DNA of 15,505 nucleotides, taken from positions 74,755 to 90,259 of the forward strand of contig JBKBIN010000003.1 in assembly GCA_046296715.1 (NCBI GenBank), in the 5' to 3' direction. Source of the stretch: Candidatus Ratteibacteria bacterium. GTDB lineage: Bacteria > Ratteibacteria > UBA8468 > B48-G9 > JAFGKM01. A program made the position numbers and the translations under genes. The first letter of the stretch is position 1, and each line of letters opens with the position of its first letter. The notes under the pieces are model-generated. The model saw only the letters and a list, made by a program, of their open reading frames with translations. It was not told where the DNA came from and did not search any database. Shown in pieces: positions 14,953-15,505 of the stretch.

Positions 14953-15504
14953 ATTTTTAAGTTTGAATATTAAAGAAGCAAGTTCTGAAGCCATATCAAC
15001 ATAGTTTACACAGATATTTTTTGCTAAATTAAGTCTTGTTGGAGCAAAATTTAAAATACCTTTAATTCCTGATTTTATCATATGGTCTGCTACTTCTTGT
15101 GCCTTATCAAAAGGAACACATATTATACCAACTTTAATTTTGTTTTTTTTCAAAAATTCTGGCATCTGTTCCATAGCCATTATCTCTATTTCTTCTATTT
15201 TCTTTCCTATTTTATTTGGGTCATTATCAAAAGCTCCTATTATCTCCATATTCATAGAAGAAAATCCTTTATATCTAATTAATGCAGAACCCAATCTTCC
15301 AACTCCAACAAGAATTACTTTTATTTTTTTGTCAATTCCAATTATTTTCTCAATCTTTTTAATTAAATTATCAACATCATATCCTACGCCTCTTTTTCCA
15401 AATTTCCCAAAGTAAGATAAATCTTTTCTAAATTGCACGGGTGAAATATTCAATGAGAAAGTTATTTCTTTTGAAGAAACAATTTTTTTCCCTTCTTTTT
15501 TTAA
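14947..15504 (-). CDS. rex: Redox-sensing transcriptional repressor Rex, 5'-truncated by the window edge
   Basis: Frame open to the window end (LKKEGKKIVSSKEITFSLNISPVQFRKDLSYFG.FGKRGVGY), Rossmann VGVGRLGSAL, AFD.DP.KIG, ILNFAP. Confidence 0.95.
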   Translation of the reverse strand, partial: LKKEGKKIVSSKEITFSLNISPVQFRKDLSYFGKFGKRGVGYDVDNLIKKIEKIIGIDKKIKVILVGVGRLGSALIRYKGFSSMNMEIIGAFDNDPNKIGKKIEEIEIMAMEQMPEFLKKNKIKVGIICVPFDKAQEVADHMIKSGIKGILNFAPTRLNLAKNICVNYVDMASELASLIFKLKNL

Positions 15505-15505
15505 A

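Noticed and set aside
15082..15415. Two plus-strand ORFs opposite rex
   Set aside because: Antisense shadows of a clearly conserved gene.
1..15505. CRISPR arrays, IS elements, tRNA/rRNA, defence systems, recoded stop codons
   Set aside because: Nearly all bases are assigned to ordinary CDSs, the largest gap is 67 nt, no repeat array was seen, and TGA/TAA end conserved genes at expected positions.

Overview
Very AT-rich, extremely compact bacterial chromosomal window (standard code; TGA is used as a stop), made up mostly of housekeeping and metabolic genes. I see no mobile element, CRISPR array, tRNA/rRNA or clear terminator. Left, + strand: 5'-truncated purine nucleoside phosphorylase, two small genes missing from the ORF track (a 51-aa CxxC-x15-CxxC zinc-ribbon protein at 780-935 and ribosomal protein S21/rpsU at 963-1133), and a 1-phosphofructokinase-family kinase. 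Middle, - strand, read from 9342 down to 2069: enlarged transaldolase, URO-D/MtaA-family protein, flavodoxin, RidA, DUF192-like protein, SYLF/YSC84 protein, a lipoprotein with a GH5 (mannanase-like) domain, NusB, a DJ-1/PfpI protein with a signal peptide, and an LPG-synthase-TM/flippase-like membrane protein. Right, + strand: glycerate kinase, class II ribonucleotide reductase with ATP cone (nrdJ), AmmeMemoRadiSam radical SAM enzyme (amrS) and two hypothetical envelope proteins, converging on a 5'-truncated rex. The most notable non-coding signal is a set of near-consensus sigma70 promoters squeezed into the tiny intergenic gaps. Three of them (nusB, flavodoxin, glxK) place the -10 box exactly 7 nt before an ATG with no Shine-Dalgarno, and nrdJ has an 8-nt gap, which suggests leaderless mRNAs alongside genes with strong SD sequences. 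All family calls come from motif recognition, not database searches. I do not see an unambiguous new multi-gene system.
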